A stretch of DNA of 64,000 nucleotides from an uncultured Candidatus Rokubacteria bacterium (GCA_963771355.1 CAVYTA010000005.1:352001-416000); one strand, 5' to 3'. Shown: positions 18,179 through 27,642, counted from the stretch's first letter. Translations and numbers: made by a program. The notes: generated from the letters alone by a model not told the origin.

Positions 18179-20154
18179 CCGTCACCGCGCTCGAGATCAC
18201 CACCCGCGCCCCCATTCTCGCCGGCCGCCCCTTCGGCGACGCCGGGCCCTACGAGAAGATCGCCGGCCGGCTGCGCTTCGAGGTCGACCCCGTCCATCCG
18301 CAGCACCGCGCGATCACCGACCTCGAGCTGGCGCCGCGGAACGGCGCGGGGCGGGTGGAGTTCAGCGCGGACTTTTATCTCCTGCAGCCCGTCCAGTCCA
18401 CGCGGGGTCGCCTGCTGGTGGACGTGCCCAACCGTGGCCGCAAGGTGGCGCTCGGCATGTTCAACAGCACGCCGCGCGCCGCCGATCCCACCACCGCGGA
18501 GGACTTCGGCAACGGCTTCCTCATGCGCTGGGGCTACACGGTGGCCTGGGTGGGCTGGCAGCCGGACGTGCCGCGCCAGGACGGGCTGATGGCGCTGGAC
18601 TCGCCGCGGGCGCGCGGGGCGGAGGGTCCCGTCACCGGCCGGCTCCGCTGCCAGTGGCGGCCGAGCGCGAAGGTGGACACCCTGCCCCTGGCCGACCGGT
18701 ATCACATCCCGTATCCCGCCGCCTCGCTCGAGGACGCGGAGGCGGAGCTGACCGTGCGCGAGCACGGAGGCGCGCCCCGCCTGCCGGTGGCGCGCGCCGC
18801 GTGGCGCTTCGCCCGCCGGGAGGCCGACGGGCGCGTGTCGCCGGACGCCTCGTATCTGCATCTCCCCGGCGGCTTCGAGCCGGGTCGGATCTACGAGTTC
18901 ATTTACCGCTCCCAGGATCCGACCCTGGTGGGCCTCGGTCTGCTGGCCGTCCGCGACGTGGGCGCCTGGCTGCGCTTCGGGTCCGCGGCGGCGGGAAATC
19001 CCAGCGCGGGGCGGCTCGACCGCGCCTATGCCTTCGGCGTCTCGCAGACCGGGCGCTTCCTCCGCCACCTCCTCTATCTGGGGCTCAACGAGGACGAGAG
19101 CGGGCGCCAGGTCTACGACGCGGTGTTCCCGCACGTGGCGGGCGGCCGGCGGGGCGAGTTCAACATGCGCTTCGGCCAGCCCTCGCTCAATGCGACCCAG
19201 AGCGTGGGCAGCCTCTTCCCGTTCACCGACTCGGAGCAGCTGGATCCGGTGACCGGGCAGCGTGACGGGCTGCTGTCGCGTCTGGCCGCCGGCGGCAAGA
19301 TGCCGAAGATCTTCACCGTGAACACCTCCGCCGAGTACTGGCGCGGGGACGCCTCGCTCGTGCACACCGACATCGAGGGCCGCGCCGACGTGGAGCCGCC
19401 CGACCATGTCCGGATCTATCTCTTCGCGGGCACCCAGCACACACCGGGGGCGCTGCCGCCGCCGGCGGCGGATCCCAATACCGGCGACCGCGGCCGCGTC
19501 CCGTTCAATACGGTGGACTACGCGCCGTTGCTCCGCGCCACCCTCGTCAACCTCGATCGCTGGGTCAGCGACGGGACCGCGCCACCGCCCAGCGCGGTGC
19601 CGCGACTGGCCGATGGCACCGCGGTGGCCGCGGAGTCGACGGCGGCCACCTTCGCGCGCATCCCGGGCGTGCGCTTCCCGGATCGCCTGAGCCGGCCCGT
19701 GCGGCTCGACTGGGGCTCCGACTGGGCGCGCGGCGTCGTCTCCAACCTGCCGCCCAAGGCGGGCCCGGCCTATGTGAGCCATGTCTCGGCGGTGGACGCC
19801 GACGGCAACGAGGTGGCGGGTATCCGGCCGCCGGAGCTGCTGGCGCCGCTGGCCACCTTCACCGGCTGGAACCTCCGGCATCCGTCCCAGGGCGCTTCCG
19901 GAGACCTCATGAGCATGATGGGCTCGACCTTCCCGCTCGCCGCCACCGCCGCCGCGCGGGAGGCGGCGGGCGATCCGCGCGCGTCCATGGCCGAGCGCTA
20001 CGGCGACCGGCCGGGTTATCTCGAGCGGGTGCGCGCGGCGGCGCAGGCGGCGGTGGAGCGGCGTCACCTGCTCGCCGAGGACATTCCCGCCATCGTGGCG
20101 CGCGCGGGCGCGCAGTGGGACCTCTTCCAGGCAGGGCTCGGGGGGGCGGAGTGA
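18175..20154 (+). CDS. Alpha/beta hydrolase domain protein (Abhydrolase_10-like)
   Basis: VPNRGR, GWQPD, nucleophile elbow FGVSQTGRFLR, EYW, DADGNEVAGI. Confidence 0.82.
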   Translation: MTVTALEITTRAPILAGRPFGDAGPYEKIAGRLRFEVDPVHPQHRAITDLELAPRNGAGRVEFSADFYLLQPVQSTRGRLLVDVPNRGRKVALGMFNSTPRAADPTTAEDFGNGFLMRWGYTVAWVGWQPDVPRQDGLMALDSPRARGAEGPVTGRLRCQWRPSAKVDTLPLADRYHIPYPAASLEDAEAELTVREHGGAPRLPVARAAWRFARREADGRVSPDASYLHLPGGFEPGRIYEFIYRSQDPTLVGLGLLAVRDVGAWLRFGSAAAGNPSAGRLDRAYAFGVSQTGRFLRHLLYLGLNEDESGRQVYDAVFPHVAGGRRGEFNMRFGQPSLNATQSVGSLFPFTDSEQLDPVTGQRDGLLSRLAAGGKMPKIFTVNTSAEYWRGDASLVHTDIEGRADVEPPDHVRIYLFAGTQHTPGALPPPAADPNTGDRGRVPFNTVDYAPLLRATLVNLDRWVSDGTAPPPSAVPRLADGTAVAAESTAATFARIPGVRFPDRLSRPVRLDWGSDWARGVVSNLPPKAGPAYVSHVSAVDADGNEVAGIRPPELLAPLATFTGWNLRHPSQGASGDLMSMMGSTFPLAATAAAREAAGDPRASMAERYGDRPGYLERVRAAAQAAVERRHLLAEDIPAIVARAGAQWDLFQAGLGGAE

Positions 20155-21248
20155 TGGCGCGGAAGGCACCCACCGTCGGCATCGTCGGGCTCGGCTTCGG
20201 CCGCGCCCATATCCCGGCCTTCCAGGCCAATGGGTGCGAGGTGGTGGCGGTGTGCCAGCGCGACGAGGCGACCGCGCAGAAGATCGCCGGTCGCTACGGC
20301 GTGCCCCAGACCTTCACGCGCTGGGAGGAGATGCTCGACCGGGCGCGGCCCGAGGTCGTGGTCATCGCCGCGCCGCCCGCGCTGCACAAGCCCATCGCCC
20401 TGGCCGCGTTCGAGCGGGGCGCCCACGTGCTCTGCGAGAAGCCGCTGGCGATGGACGCCGAGGAGGCGCGCGCCATGATCGAGGCCGCGGCCCGCGCCAA
20501 GCGCGTGGGGATGACGGCGTTCAACTGGCGATTCTCCGCCTCCATGCTGCGCTTTCACGACATGGTCCAGGCGGGTCATGTGGGCCGGCCCTTTCACCTG
20601 GGCGGCCGCTGGCTGGGCGCCCGCTGGGCCGACGAGTCGGCAGCCTCGACCTGGCGCATGGACCGCGCGCAGGCCGGCCATGGCGCCATGGGGGACATGG
20701 GCGTGCACCTGGTCGACCTCGTGCGCTGGAGCTTCGGCGAGTTCCGGCAGGTGGCGGCGCTGGGCCGCGTGGCCCATCCCTCGCGCACCGTGCCCGGCGG
20801 CGAGCGAGCTGCGGACGCGGAGGACTACTGCGCGGTGCTGGGCGAGCTCGCCTCCGGCGCCACCGTCACGCTCCAGGCAAGCCGCGCGGCGCGCGGCGCC
20901 AACGAGAATTCGCTGGAGGCCTACGGTGACAAGGGCGCGCTCGTCTACCGCATGAATCGCGAGGCCCCGCGGTGGTGGCACGCCGAGCTGCGCGCCACTC
21001 AGAACGGCGGCGGTCTGCAGCCGGTGAAGGTGCCGGCAGTGGTGCCGCGCTCGGCGGGCGACGGGGACGCCATGGAGTCGGTGGGCAAGGCCACCATCGC
21101 GCCCCTGGTGAAGCGGCTGCTCGCCGCCATCCGCAAGGGTGAGAGTGCGAGCCCGTCCTTCGAGGACGGCATGCGGGCGCAGGCGGTGCTGGACGCGGTG
21201 CTGGAGTCGGAGCGGCGCGGGGGCTGGGTCACCGTCGCCGGCGGCTGA
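20154..21248 (+). CDS. Gfo/Idh/MocA family oxidoreductase
   Basis: GIVGLGFG, HVLCEKPLA, GAMGDMGVH. Confidence 0.92.
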   Translation: MARKAPTVGIVGLGFGRAHIPAFQANGCEVVAVCQRDEATAQKIAGRYGVPQTFTRWEEMLDRARPEVVVIAAPPALHKPIALAAFERGAHVLCEKPLAMDAEEARAMIEAAARAKRVGMTAFNWRFSASMLRFHDMVQAGHVGRPFHLGGRWLGARWADESAASTWRMDRAQAGHGAMGDMGVHLVDLVRWSFGEFRQVAALGRVAHPSRTVPGGERAADAEDYCAVLGELASGATVTLQASRAARGANENSLEAYGDKGALVYRMNREAPRWWHAELRATQNGGGLQPVKVPAVVPRSAGDGDAMESVGKATIAPLVKRLLAAIRKGESASPSFEDGMRAQAVLDAVLESERRGGWVTVAGG

Positions 21249-21259
21249 GCGGCCGGAAG

Positions 21260-22645
21260 TCAGAGCTTGTTGAACCCGTTCAGCGCGGCGACCTTGTAGG
21301 CCTCGGCCAAGGTCGGGTAGTTGAAGACCGTGTCGCGGAAGTAGTCGATGGTGCCGTCCAAGGTCAGCACCGCCTGGCCGATATGGATGATCTCGGACGC
21401 GCCCTCTCCGATCACGTGGACGCCCAGCACCTTCCGCGTCAGCGGATCAAAAAGGATCTTGAGGAAGCCGATGTCGTCCCCGATGATCTGCCCGCGCGCT
21501 AGCTCGGCGTACTTCGCCATGCCGACCTCGTAAGGGATGCGCGCGCGGGTGAGCTCCTGCTCGGTCCGCCCCACCATGGAGATCTCCGGCACGCTGTAGA
21601 CGCCGTAGGGCAGCAGCTCGGGGCGGCTCACGCAGGGAAGGCCAAACATGTGGCAGGCGGCGAGCCGCCCTTGCTCCATGGAGGTCGAGGCGAGCGAGGG
21701 GAAGCCGATCACGTCACCGGCCGCGTAAATGTGCGGGACCGCGGTCTGGCCGGCGCCGTTGACGGCGATCCGTCCCCGCGAGTCGGCCTGGAGGCCCGCT
21801 GCCTCGAGGGCGAGCCCCTCGGTATTGGCCTGCCGGCCCACCGTGTAGAGGAGGGCATCCCCCTGCACGGTCTTGCCGCTTTCGAGGCGCGCCAGCACCC
21901 GGCCGCGCGCGTCGCGCTCGACGCCGATGACGGTCTCGCCGAGGCGGAAGGTCGCCCCCTGACGCCGCATGTGGTACGACAGCGCCTCGATCATCTCCTG
22001 ATCCAGGAAGTCGAGGATGGTAGGCCGCTGGTCGATCACGGTCACCGTGTGCCCCAGGGCGGTGAGCATGGACGCGTATTCCAGGCCGATAACGCCCGCG
22101 CCCACCACGATCGTCTGCTTGCCCAAGCTGTCCACGGTGAGGAGCTGGTCGGAGTCGAAGATGTGACGGCCGTCAAGCGGGATGCCCGCGCTATGCGCGG
22201 GGCGCGTGCCGCAGGCGATGAGGATCCGCTCGGCGGCCAGAGGAACCCCGCCACTGGGTGTCTCGACGACGAGGGTATGCGGATCGGCGAATCGCGCGGT
22301 GCCGTGGACGGTTTCGATGCCGTTGCGCTTGAGCTGGCTGCGGACAATCTCGGTCTCGCGGTCCAGCACGGTTCGCACCCGCGACACGAGGTCCGCCACC
22401 GAGATCCGGTCCTGCAGGGTGTAGTCGCGGCCATAGAAGGTCCGCTGACGGAAGCCCGAGAGATAGAGGATGGCTTCCCGGAGGGCCTTGCTGGGGATGG
22501 TCCCGGTATGGATGCAAACGCCCCCGATCATGTCGCGGCGGTCTACCACGGCCACACGCTTGCCGAGCTTGGCCGCGGCCACCGCCGCCTTTTGGCCGGC
22601 GGGGCCACTTCCGATCACGGCGAGGTCATAGAGGATATCGGGCAT
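21260..22645 (-). CDS. sthA: Soluble (Si-specific) pyridine nucleotide transhydrogenase
   Basis: IGSGPAG, GGVCIHTGTIPSKALRE (CxxxxT), STSMEQGR, C-terminal FNYPTLAEAYKVAALNGFNKL. Confidence 0.93.
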   Translation of the reverse strand: MPDILYDLAVIGSGPAGQKAAVAAAKLGKRVAVVDRRDMIGGVCIHTGTIPSKALREAILYLSGFRQRTFYGRDYTLQDRISVADLVSRVRTVLDRETEIVRSQLKRNGIETVHGTARFADPHTLVVETPSGGVPLAAERILIACGTRPAHSAGIPLDGRHIFDSDQLLTVDSLGKQTIVVGAGVIGLEYASMLTALGHTVTVIDQRPTILDFLDQEMIEALSYHMRRQGATFRLGETVIGVERDARGRVLARLESGKTVQGDALLYTVGRQANTEGLALEAAGLQADSRGRIAVNGAGQTAVPHIYAAGDVIGFPSLASTSMEQGRLAACHMFGLPCVSRPELLPYGVYSVPEISMVGRTEQELTRARIPYEVGMAKYAELARGQIIGDDIGFLKILFDPLTRKVLGVHVIGEGASEIIHIGQAVLTLDGTIDYFRDTVFNYPTLAEAYKVAALNGFNKL

Positions 22646-22722
22646 GGGCATCTCCAAAACGTCGGGTCGCGGCGGATGTTACCAGAATCGCACCGCTTCG
22701 TTTATGAAGGGTCAAGCATCTC

Positions 22723-22751
22723 TTGACAAATCCGACCGGGAAACGTCTAAT
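22723..22751 (+). promoter_or_regulatory. Putative sigma70 promoter of the reductase operon
   Basis: TTGACA-17bp-TCTAAT; the -35 lies in palindrome GTCAAG-N5-CTTGAC (22711-22727). Confidence 0.55.
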
Positions 22752-22760
22752 ACCGTTGTC

Positions 22761-22832
22761 ATGAGCCGATCTTCCATGGAATCGTGCTGTAAGTGCTTGC
22801 GATGTAAAGCGGAGTGGCTTCTCATAGCGTAG
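22761..22832 (+). CDS. Putative Cys-rich leader peptide (23 aa)
   Basis: MSRSSMESCCKCLRCKAEWLLIA*; 4 Cys in 7 codons, between promoter and terminator. Confidence 0.62.
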   Translation: MSRSSMESCCKCLRCKAEWLLIA

Positions 22833-22855
22833 CTTGTGGGCTGAGGCAGATGACC

Positions 22856-22887
22856 AAGCCGGGGAGCCCGTCCCCGGCCTTTGTGTT
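22856..22887 (+). terminator. Intrinsic terminator/attenuator in the 5' leader
   Basis: GCCGGGGA-GCCCG-TCCCCGGC followed by CTTTGTGTT, just before the reductase RBS. Confidence 0.7.
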
Positions 22888-22920
22888 CCTGGGTAGATTC
22901 GCAAGACGAGGGAGATGACC

Positions 22921-24642
22921 ATGGCCGAGGGCAATGGGGTTGTCGTGACGCCGGTGCCGCCCAAGGAAACCAAGGCTCAGCGGGCCGAGCGGCTCAAGGG
23001 CGCGCTCAATCCATGGACGGCCTACGCGGAGATCGAGCGGTTCGCCCGCGATGGCTTCGACTCGATCCCGCCGGAGTGGCTGAATACCTATTTCCGCTGG
23101 TGGGGCCTTTACACCCAGGGCGACGGCATCGGGGCGGTGGGCGGGACCGGCGGCGAGGGCAAGGCGCTCCGCTACTTCATGCAGCGGATTCGCATCCCGA
23201 ACGGCTTCCTCACCGCGACCCAGCTCCGCGCCATCGCCGGTCTCACCGAGCGTCATGCCCGCGGCGTGGCCGACCTCACGGTGCGCCAGAACATCCAGCT
23301 CCACTGGGTGCAGGTGGAGAGCCTGCCCGAGATCGTCTCGACCCTGTCCCGCGTGGGCATCACCACGATCGGCACCTGCGGCGACGTCACCCGCAATATC
23401 ACGGGCTGCCCGGTGGCCGGGGTCGACGCCGACGAGATCGCGGACGCCTCGCCCCTGGTGGAGGCCGCCACCGCCATGCTCAACGGAGCGCCCGAGTTCT
23501 ACAATCTGCCGCGCAAGTTCAAGGTCTCCATCGCCGGCTGCCGTGTGTGGTGCTCGTACCCGGAGATCAACGACGTGGGGCTCACCGCCATCCGCCATCC
23601 CGACTCCGGCGAGACGGGCTTCTCGCTGCGCGTGGGCGGCGGGCTCTCCACCGATCCGCATCTCGCCCCGCGCCTCGACGTCTTCGTGCGCTGGGACCAG
23701 GCCCTGGCGGTGTTGAAGGCGGTGGCCGAGATCTTCCGGGACAGCGATGTCCTCCGCGAGCACCGCGAGAAGGCGCGGCTCAAGTTCCTGTTCCTCCGCC
23801 ATGGCTGGACGGCGGAGCGGTTCCGCGCCGAGATCGAGGCGCGGCTGGGCCACGACCTGGCGCCCGCCGTACCCGAGACGCCGCCGGACGACGTGTATCG
23901 TGACCACGTGGGGCTGCACCAGCAGCGGCAGCCGGGCCTGACCTATGCGGGCTTCCCCATCCTCCGCGGGCGCCTCGATCCGGACACCATGCGGGCGGCG
24001 GCGGACCTCGCCGAGCGCTTCGGCTCCGGCGCGCTCCGCACCACCCACATGCAGAACCTGGTGATCCTCGACGTGCCGCGCGAGCGGGCGGCCGCGCTCA
24101 CCGCGGAAGCAGAGGCTGCCGGACTCGCCCTGTCCGCCTCGCCGTTCCGGCGTGGCACCGTGGCCTGCACGGGCACGGAGTTCTGCAAGATCGCGCTCAC
24201 CGAGACCAAGGGCTTCGCGCGGCACCTGGTGGAGGAGCTGGAGACGCGCCTGCCGGGCTTCGACCGGCACGTGAAGATTCACGTGACAGGCTGCCCGAAT
24301 TCCTGCGGCCAGCACTGGATCGCCGACATCGGGCTCGAGGGCAAGAAGGTGAAGGGCCCGGCCGGTCTCGAAGACGCGTACTACATCTGCGTGGGCGGGG
24401 GGCTGGGCCGGCACGCCTCGGTCGCGCGCCCGGTGGGCTTCCGCGTGCCCGCGCGCGAGACGCCCGCCGCCCTGGAGCGCCTGCTGCGCGCGTACCTGGA
24501 CCTCCGCGCGCCCGGCCAGAGCTTCCGGGACTTCGCGGCCGCACGCACCGACGACGACCTGCGGGCGCTCCTTGCGGGCGGGGCGGTGGGGGCCGTCGCC
24601 CGCGACCTGCCCGTGGCCGCCACCCCTCACAATCTCGAATAG
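22921..24642 (+). CDS. sir: Siroheme nitrite/sulfite reductase (ferredoxin-type, Sir/NirA family), probably sulfite reductase
   Basis: TVRQNIQ, CGDVTRN, LPRKFK, ACTGTEFC and GCPNSC cluster/siroheme ligands; siroheme genes follow. Confidence 0.88.
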   Translation: MAEGNGVVVTPVPPKETKAQRAERLKGALNPWTAYAEIERFARDGFDSIPPEWLNTYFRWWGLYTQGDGIGAVGGTGGEGKALRYFMQRIRIPNGFLTATQLRAIAGLTERHARGVADLTVRQNIQLHWVQVESLPEIVSTLSRVGITTIGTCGDVTRNITGCPVAGVDADEIADASPLVEAATAMLNGAPEFYNLPRKFKVSIAGCRVWCSYPEINDVGLTAIRHPDSGETGFSLRVGGGLSTDPHLAPRLDVFVRWDQALAVLKAVAEIFRDSDVLREHREKARLKFLFLRHGWTAERFRAEIEARLGHDLAPAVPETPPDDVYRDHVGLHQQRQPGLTYAGFPILRGRLDPDTMRAAADLAERFGSGALRTTHMQNLVILDVPRERAAALTAEAEAAGLALSASPFRRGTVACTGTEFCKIALTETKGFARHLVEELETRLPGFDRHVKIHVTGCPNSCGQHWIADIGLEGKKVKGPAGLEDAYYICVGGGLGRHASVARPVGFRVPARETPAALERLLRAYLDLRAPGQSFRDFAAARTDDDLRALLAGGAVGAVARDLPVAATPHNLE

Positions 24643-24707
24643 ACCGCAGGAGACGACGATGAGCGCGAGCCTTGGCGATCTCGCCCCCTGATGTCGGAGC
24701 CGGACCG

Positions 24708-25349
24708 GTGAGCGTTCCCTATCCGATCTTTCTCGACCTCGTGGATCGCCCCTGCCTGGTAGCCGGCGGCGGCCCCGTGGCCGAGGCCAAGGTGCGCGGG
24801 CTCCTCGCCGCGGGCGCGCGCGTCACCGTGGTGAGCCCGACGCTCACGCCCGCGTTGACCGCGCTCGCGGCGGAGGGTCATCTCACGCATCAGGCCCGCG
24901 AGTACGCGCCGGGCGATCTCGCGGGCTCTGCGCTGGCCTTCGCCGCCACCGGGGATCGCGCGGTGAGCCGGGCCATCCGGGCGGAGGGCCGGGCGCGCGG
25001 CGTCTGGGTCAACGCGGCCGATGACGCCGAGCACTGCGACTTCCTCCTGCCCGCGGTCTTGCGCCGGGGGGCGCTCGCGGTGGCGGTGTCGAGCGGCGGG
25101 GCCAGCCCCGCGCTCACGCGCGCCGTGCGTGACGAGCTGGAGCGTTATTTCCCGGCCGACTTCGGCGGCTTCGTGGAGGTGGTGGCCGCGCTGCGCCGCG
25201 AGCTCCGCGAGCGGGGCGCGCCGGTCACGGCCGAGGGCTGGCGGTCCGCGCTGGAGGACGAGCTGCGCGCGTGGTCGAACGGGAGCGGGGTGGGCGACGG
25301 GGCGCTCGGCGCCGGCGCGCGCCTCCGCTCGCGGCTGGAGGGCACGTGA
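24708..25349 (+). CDS. Precorrin-2 dehydrogenase/sirohydrochlorin ferrochelatase (CysG N-terminal type)
   Basis: YPIFLDL, LVAGGGPVAEAK, VNAADD, VSSGGASP; true start may be 24659. Confidence 0.9.
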   Translation: MSVPYPIFLDLVDRPCLVAGGGPVAEAKVRGLLAAGARVTVVSPTLTPALTALAAEGHLTHQAREYAPGDLAGSALAFAATGDRAVSRAIRAEGRARGVWVNAADDAEHCDFLLPAVLRRGALAVAVSSGGASPALTRAVRDELERYFPADFGGFVEVVAALRRELRERGAPVTAEGWRSALEDELRAWSNGSGVGDGALGAGARLRSRLEGT

Positions 25350-26209
25350 TCCGCGGGGAGCGCCCGGGGCCAGCGGAGCACGGGATGCCGGCGGAGCCAG
25401 CGAAGACAGTGGGGCGCGTGGCGCTGGTCGGCGCGGGGCCGGGTGATCCCGGCCTCATGACGGTGCGCGGACTCGCGCTGCTCCAGGCCGCCGAGGCGGT
25501 GGTCTACGATCGCCTCGTCGCGCCCGCGCTGCTCCTCGAGGCGCCACCCGCGGCGGAGCGCGTCTACGTCGGCAAGCGCCCAGGCGCCCACGAGGTGTCC
25601 CAGCCCGAGATCAACGCCATCCTGGTGGCGCTGGCGCGGCGGGGCCTCCAGGTGGTCCGGCTCAAGGGCGGCGATCCCTTCGTGTTCGGGCGGGGCGGCG
25701 AGGAGGCGGCGGCCCTGGCCGCGGCGGGGATTCCCTGCGAGGTGGTCCCCGGCGTGAGCGCGGCGCTGGCCGCCCCCGCCGCCGCCGGCATCCCGGTCAC
25801 CCACCGCGGCGTCGCCGCCTCGTTCGCGGTGATCACGGGCCACGAGGACCCTGCCAAGGGCGAGCCGACGGTGAACTGGAACGCGCTCGCCCACGCGGTG
25901 GATACGCTGGTGGTGCTCATGGGCACGGAGTCGCTGCCCGGTATCGCGCGAACCCTGATCGCGCGGGGCCGCCCCGGCGACACGCCCGTGGCGCTCATCC
26001 ATCGCGGCACGACGCCGGAGCAGGAGACCGTCGTCTCGACGCTCGATGCGCTCGCCGCGCTTTCCGGGCCCGTACCGCTCCCCCCACCCGTCACCGCGGT
26101 CATCGGCGACGTGGTGTCGCTGCGCGCCCACCTCGGCATCGCGCGTCAGGATAGTGATACCGTGTCTTTCCACCCTGATGCGCTCGTGACGCGTATCGAA
26201 AGGATGTGA
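25346..26209 (+). CDS. cobA: Uroporphyrinogen-III C-methyltransferase
   Basis: VGAGPGDPGLMT, RLKGGDPFVFGRGGEE, GIPVTHRG. Confidence 0.94.
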   Translation: MIRGERPGPAEHGMPAEPAKTVGRVALVGAGPGDPGLMTVRGLALLQAAEAVVYDRLVAPALLLEAPPAAERVYVGKRPGAHEVSQPEINAILVALARRGLQVVRLKGGDPFVFGRGGEEAAALAAAGIPCEVVPGVSAALAAPAAAGIPVTHRGVAASFAVITGHEDPAKGEPTVNWNALAHAVDTLVVLMGTESLPGIARTLIARGRPGDTPVALIHRGTTPEQETVVSTLDALAALSGPVPLPPPVTAVIGDVVSLRAHLGIARQDSDTVSFHPDALVTRIERM

Positions 26210-26211
26210 CC

Positions 26212-27315
26212 ATGAACCGTCGACAGCTCCTCAAGCTCGGCTTCGTCGCCAGCGGCACCTTCGCTGTTGGAGGGCTCGCGCGGCTCGGCACGCGGACGGC
26301 CTCGGCTCAGATCGGCTCCGTGCCCACGGTGGACCGGCTGGTCCTCACCAATGTCGTGGACAATATCTACGACGTCTTCGCCAAGGCGGGCCGGCTCGAC
26401 ACCATCACGGTGCAGCGCACGCCGGTGGGGCCCGCCCCGCTGCTCGCCGAGCACGGGCTCGCGTATCACATCGAGTCGCATCGCGGCGCCGAGCAGCGCC
26501 AGATCCTGCTGGACTTCAGCCTCACCGACATCAACCTGTTCAACAACTACCAGTCGCTCAAGGTGGATCCCTACGCGGCGGACGCCCTCATTCTGAGCCA
26601 CGGCCACCGGGACCACTACGGCGCGCTACCGACGCTGGCGCGGCTGGGGCAGGGGAAGTTCAGGACCGGCACCACCGTGTACGCGGGCGGCGAGGACACT
26701 TTCTGCGCGCGGGTGGTGGTGACCAACGCCGGGAACCTCGACCAGGGTCGGCTCGACGCGCCGGCGCTGGAGGCCCTGGGCCTGCGGGTCGCGCTCGCCA
26801 AGCAGCCGACGATCGTGGCCGGCCATGCCTTCACCTCGGGCCAGATCGCCCGTGTCACCGACTTCGAGCGGCCGCCGGGGTCGGCGCGGCTCGTCGCCGG
26901 GCCGCCGGACTCGGCCTGCGCGGTCACGCATTTCGGGCTCACCCAGGTGGTGGCCAATCCGGGCGAGCTGGTGCCCGATACCTTCCAGGGGGAGCATGCG
27001 ACCGCCTTCCACGTCCGGGACCGCGGACTGGTGGTGATCACCTCCTGCGGTCATGCCGGCGTGATCAACTCGGTGCGGCAGGTCCAGAAGGCTACCGGGA
27101 TCGACAAGGTCCACGCCGTCGTGGGTGGCTTCCATCTCGCCCCCGCCTCCGATGAAGTGGTGGCCAGGACGGTCGCCGCCTTCAAGGCCATCAACCCCGA
27201 CTACATCATTCCCATGCACTGCACCGGGCTCAACACCATCTTCGCCGTCCAGCGCGAGCTGCCGGCCAAGCTCGTGATGCCCTCGACCGGCACCCGGGTG
27301 CTCTTCGGCGCCTGA
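26212..27315 (+). CDS. Tat-exported MBL-fold metallo-hydrolase
   Basis: MNRRQLLK Tat motif; EHGL, SHGHRDH, SCGHAG, GGFHL, PMHCTG. Confidence 0.85.
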   Translation: MNRRQLLKLGFVASGTFAVGGLARLGTRTASAQIGSVPTVDRLVLTNVVDNIYDVFAKAGRLDTITVQRTPVGPAPLLAEHGLAYHIESHRGAEQRQILLDFSLTDINLFNNYQSLKVDPYAADALILSHGHRDHYGALPTLARLGQGKFRTGTTVYAGGEDTFCARVVVTNAGNLDQGRLDAPALEALGLRVALAKQPTIVAGHAFTSGQIARVTDFERPPGSARLVAGPPDSACAVTHFGLTQVVANPGELVPDTFQGEHATAFHVRDRGLVVITSCGHAGVINSVRQVQKATGIDKVHAVVGGFHLAPASDEVVARTVAAFKAINPDYIIPMHCTGLNTIFAVQRELPAKLVMPSTGTRVLFGA

Positions 27316-27318
27316 GCG

Positions 27319-27567
27319 TCACTTCGTTCCTTCGGTCACCACCTGCTCGAGGCGGGCGCGCATGCCGCGCTCGCGCTCCAGATCGCCGCGGGTGACCTGG
27401 AGCTCCTCGCGCGCCTTCGCGAGCGCTTCGTCCGCCGCCTCCGCGCGGTGGCGCGCCTGCTCCAGCTCGCCGGCCTGCCGTCCGGCCGGCACGCCCCACC
27501 AGAGATATCCCGCGGTACCTCCCACGAGCAATGCCACCATGGTGACGACGACCACGATGCGGGTCAT
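27319..27567 (-). CDS. Small membrane-anchored coiled-coil hypothetical protein
   Basis: AGGAGG RBS; N-terminal TM helix then charged helix. Confidence 0.7.
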   Translation of the reverse strand: MTRIVVVVTMVALLVGGTAGYLWWGVPAGRQAGELEQARHRAEAADEALAKAREELQVTRGDLERERGMRARLEQVVTEGTK

Positions 27568-27642
27568 GGCGCTTCCTCCTGTGTCTTATAATCCCTCCAT
27601 CGTGCGGCGCGGGGAACCCGGAAAGTCGCGGAGGATCTATCG

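Noticed and set aside
22761..22890. SAM-I riboswitch or T-box before the reductase
   Set aside because: No AUC-AGAG/GCAACC core or T-box motif seen; the Cys leader explains the terminator better. An Rfam scan would settle it.
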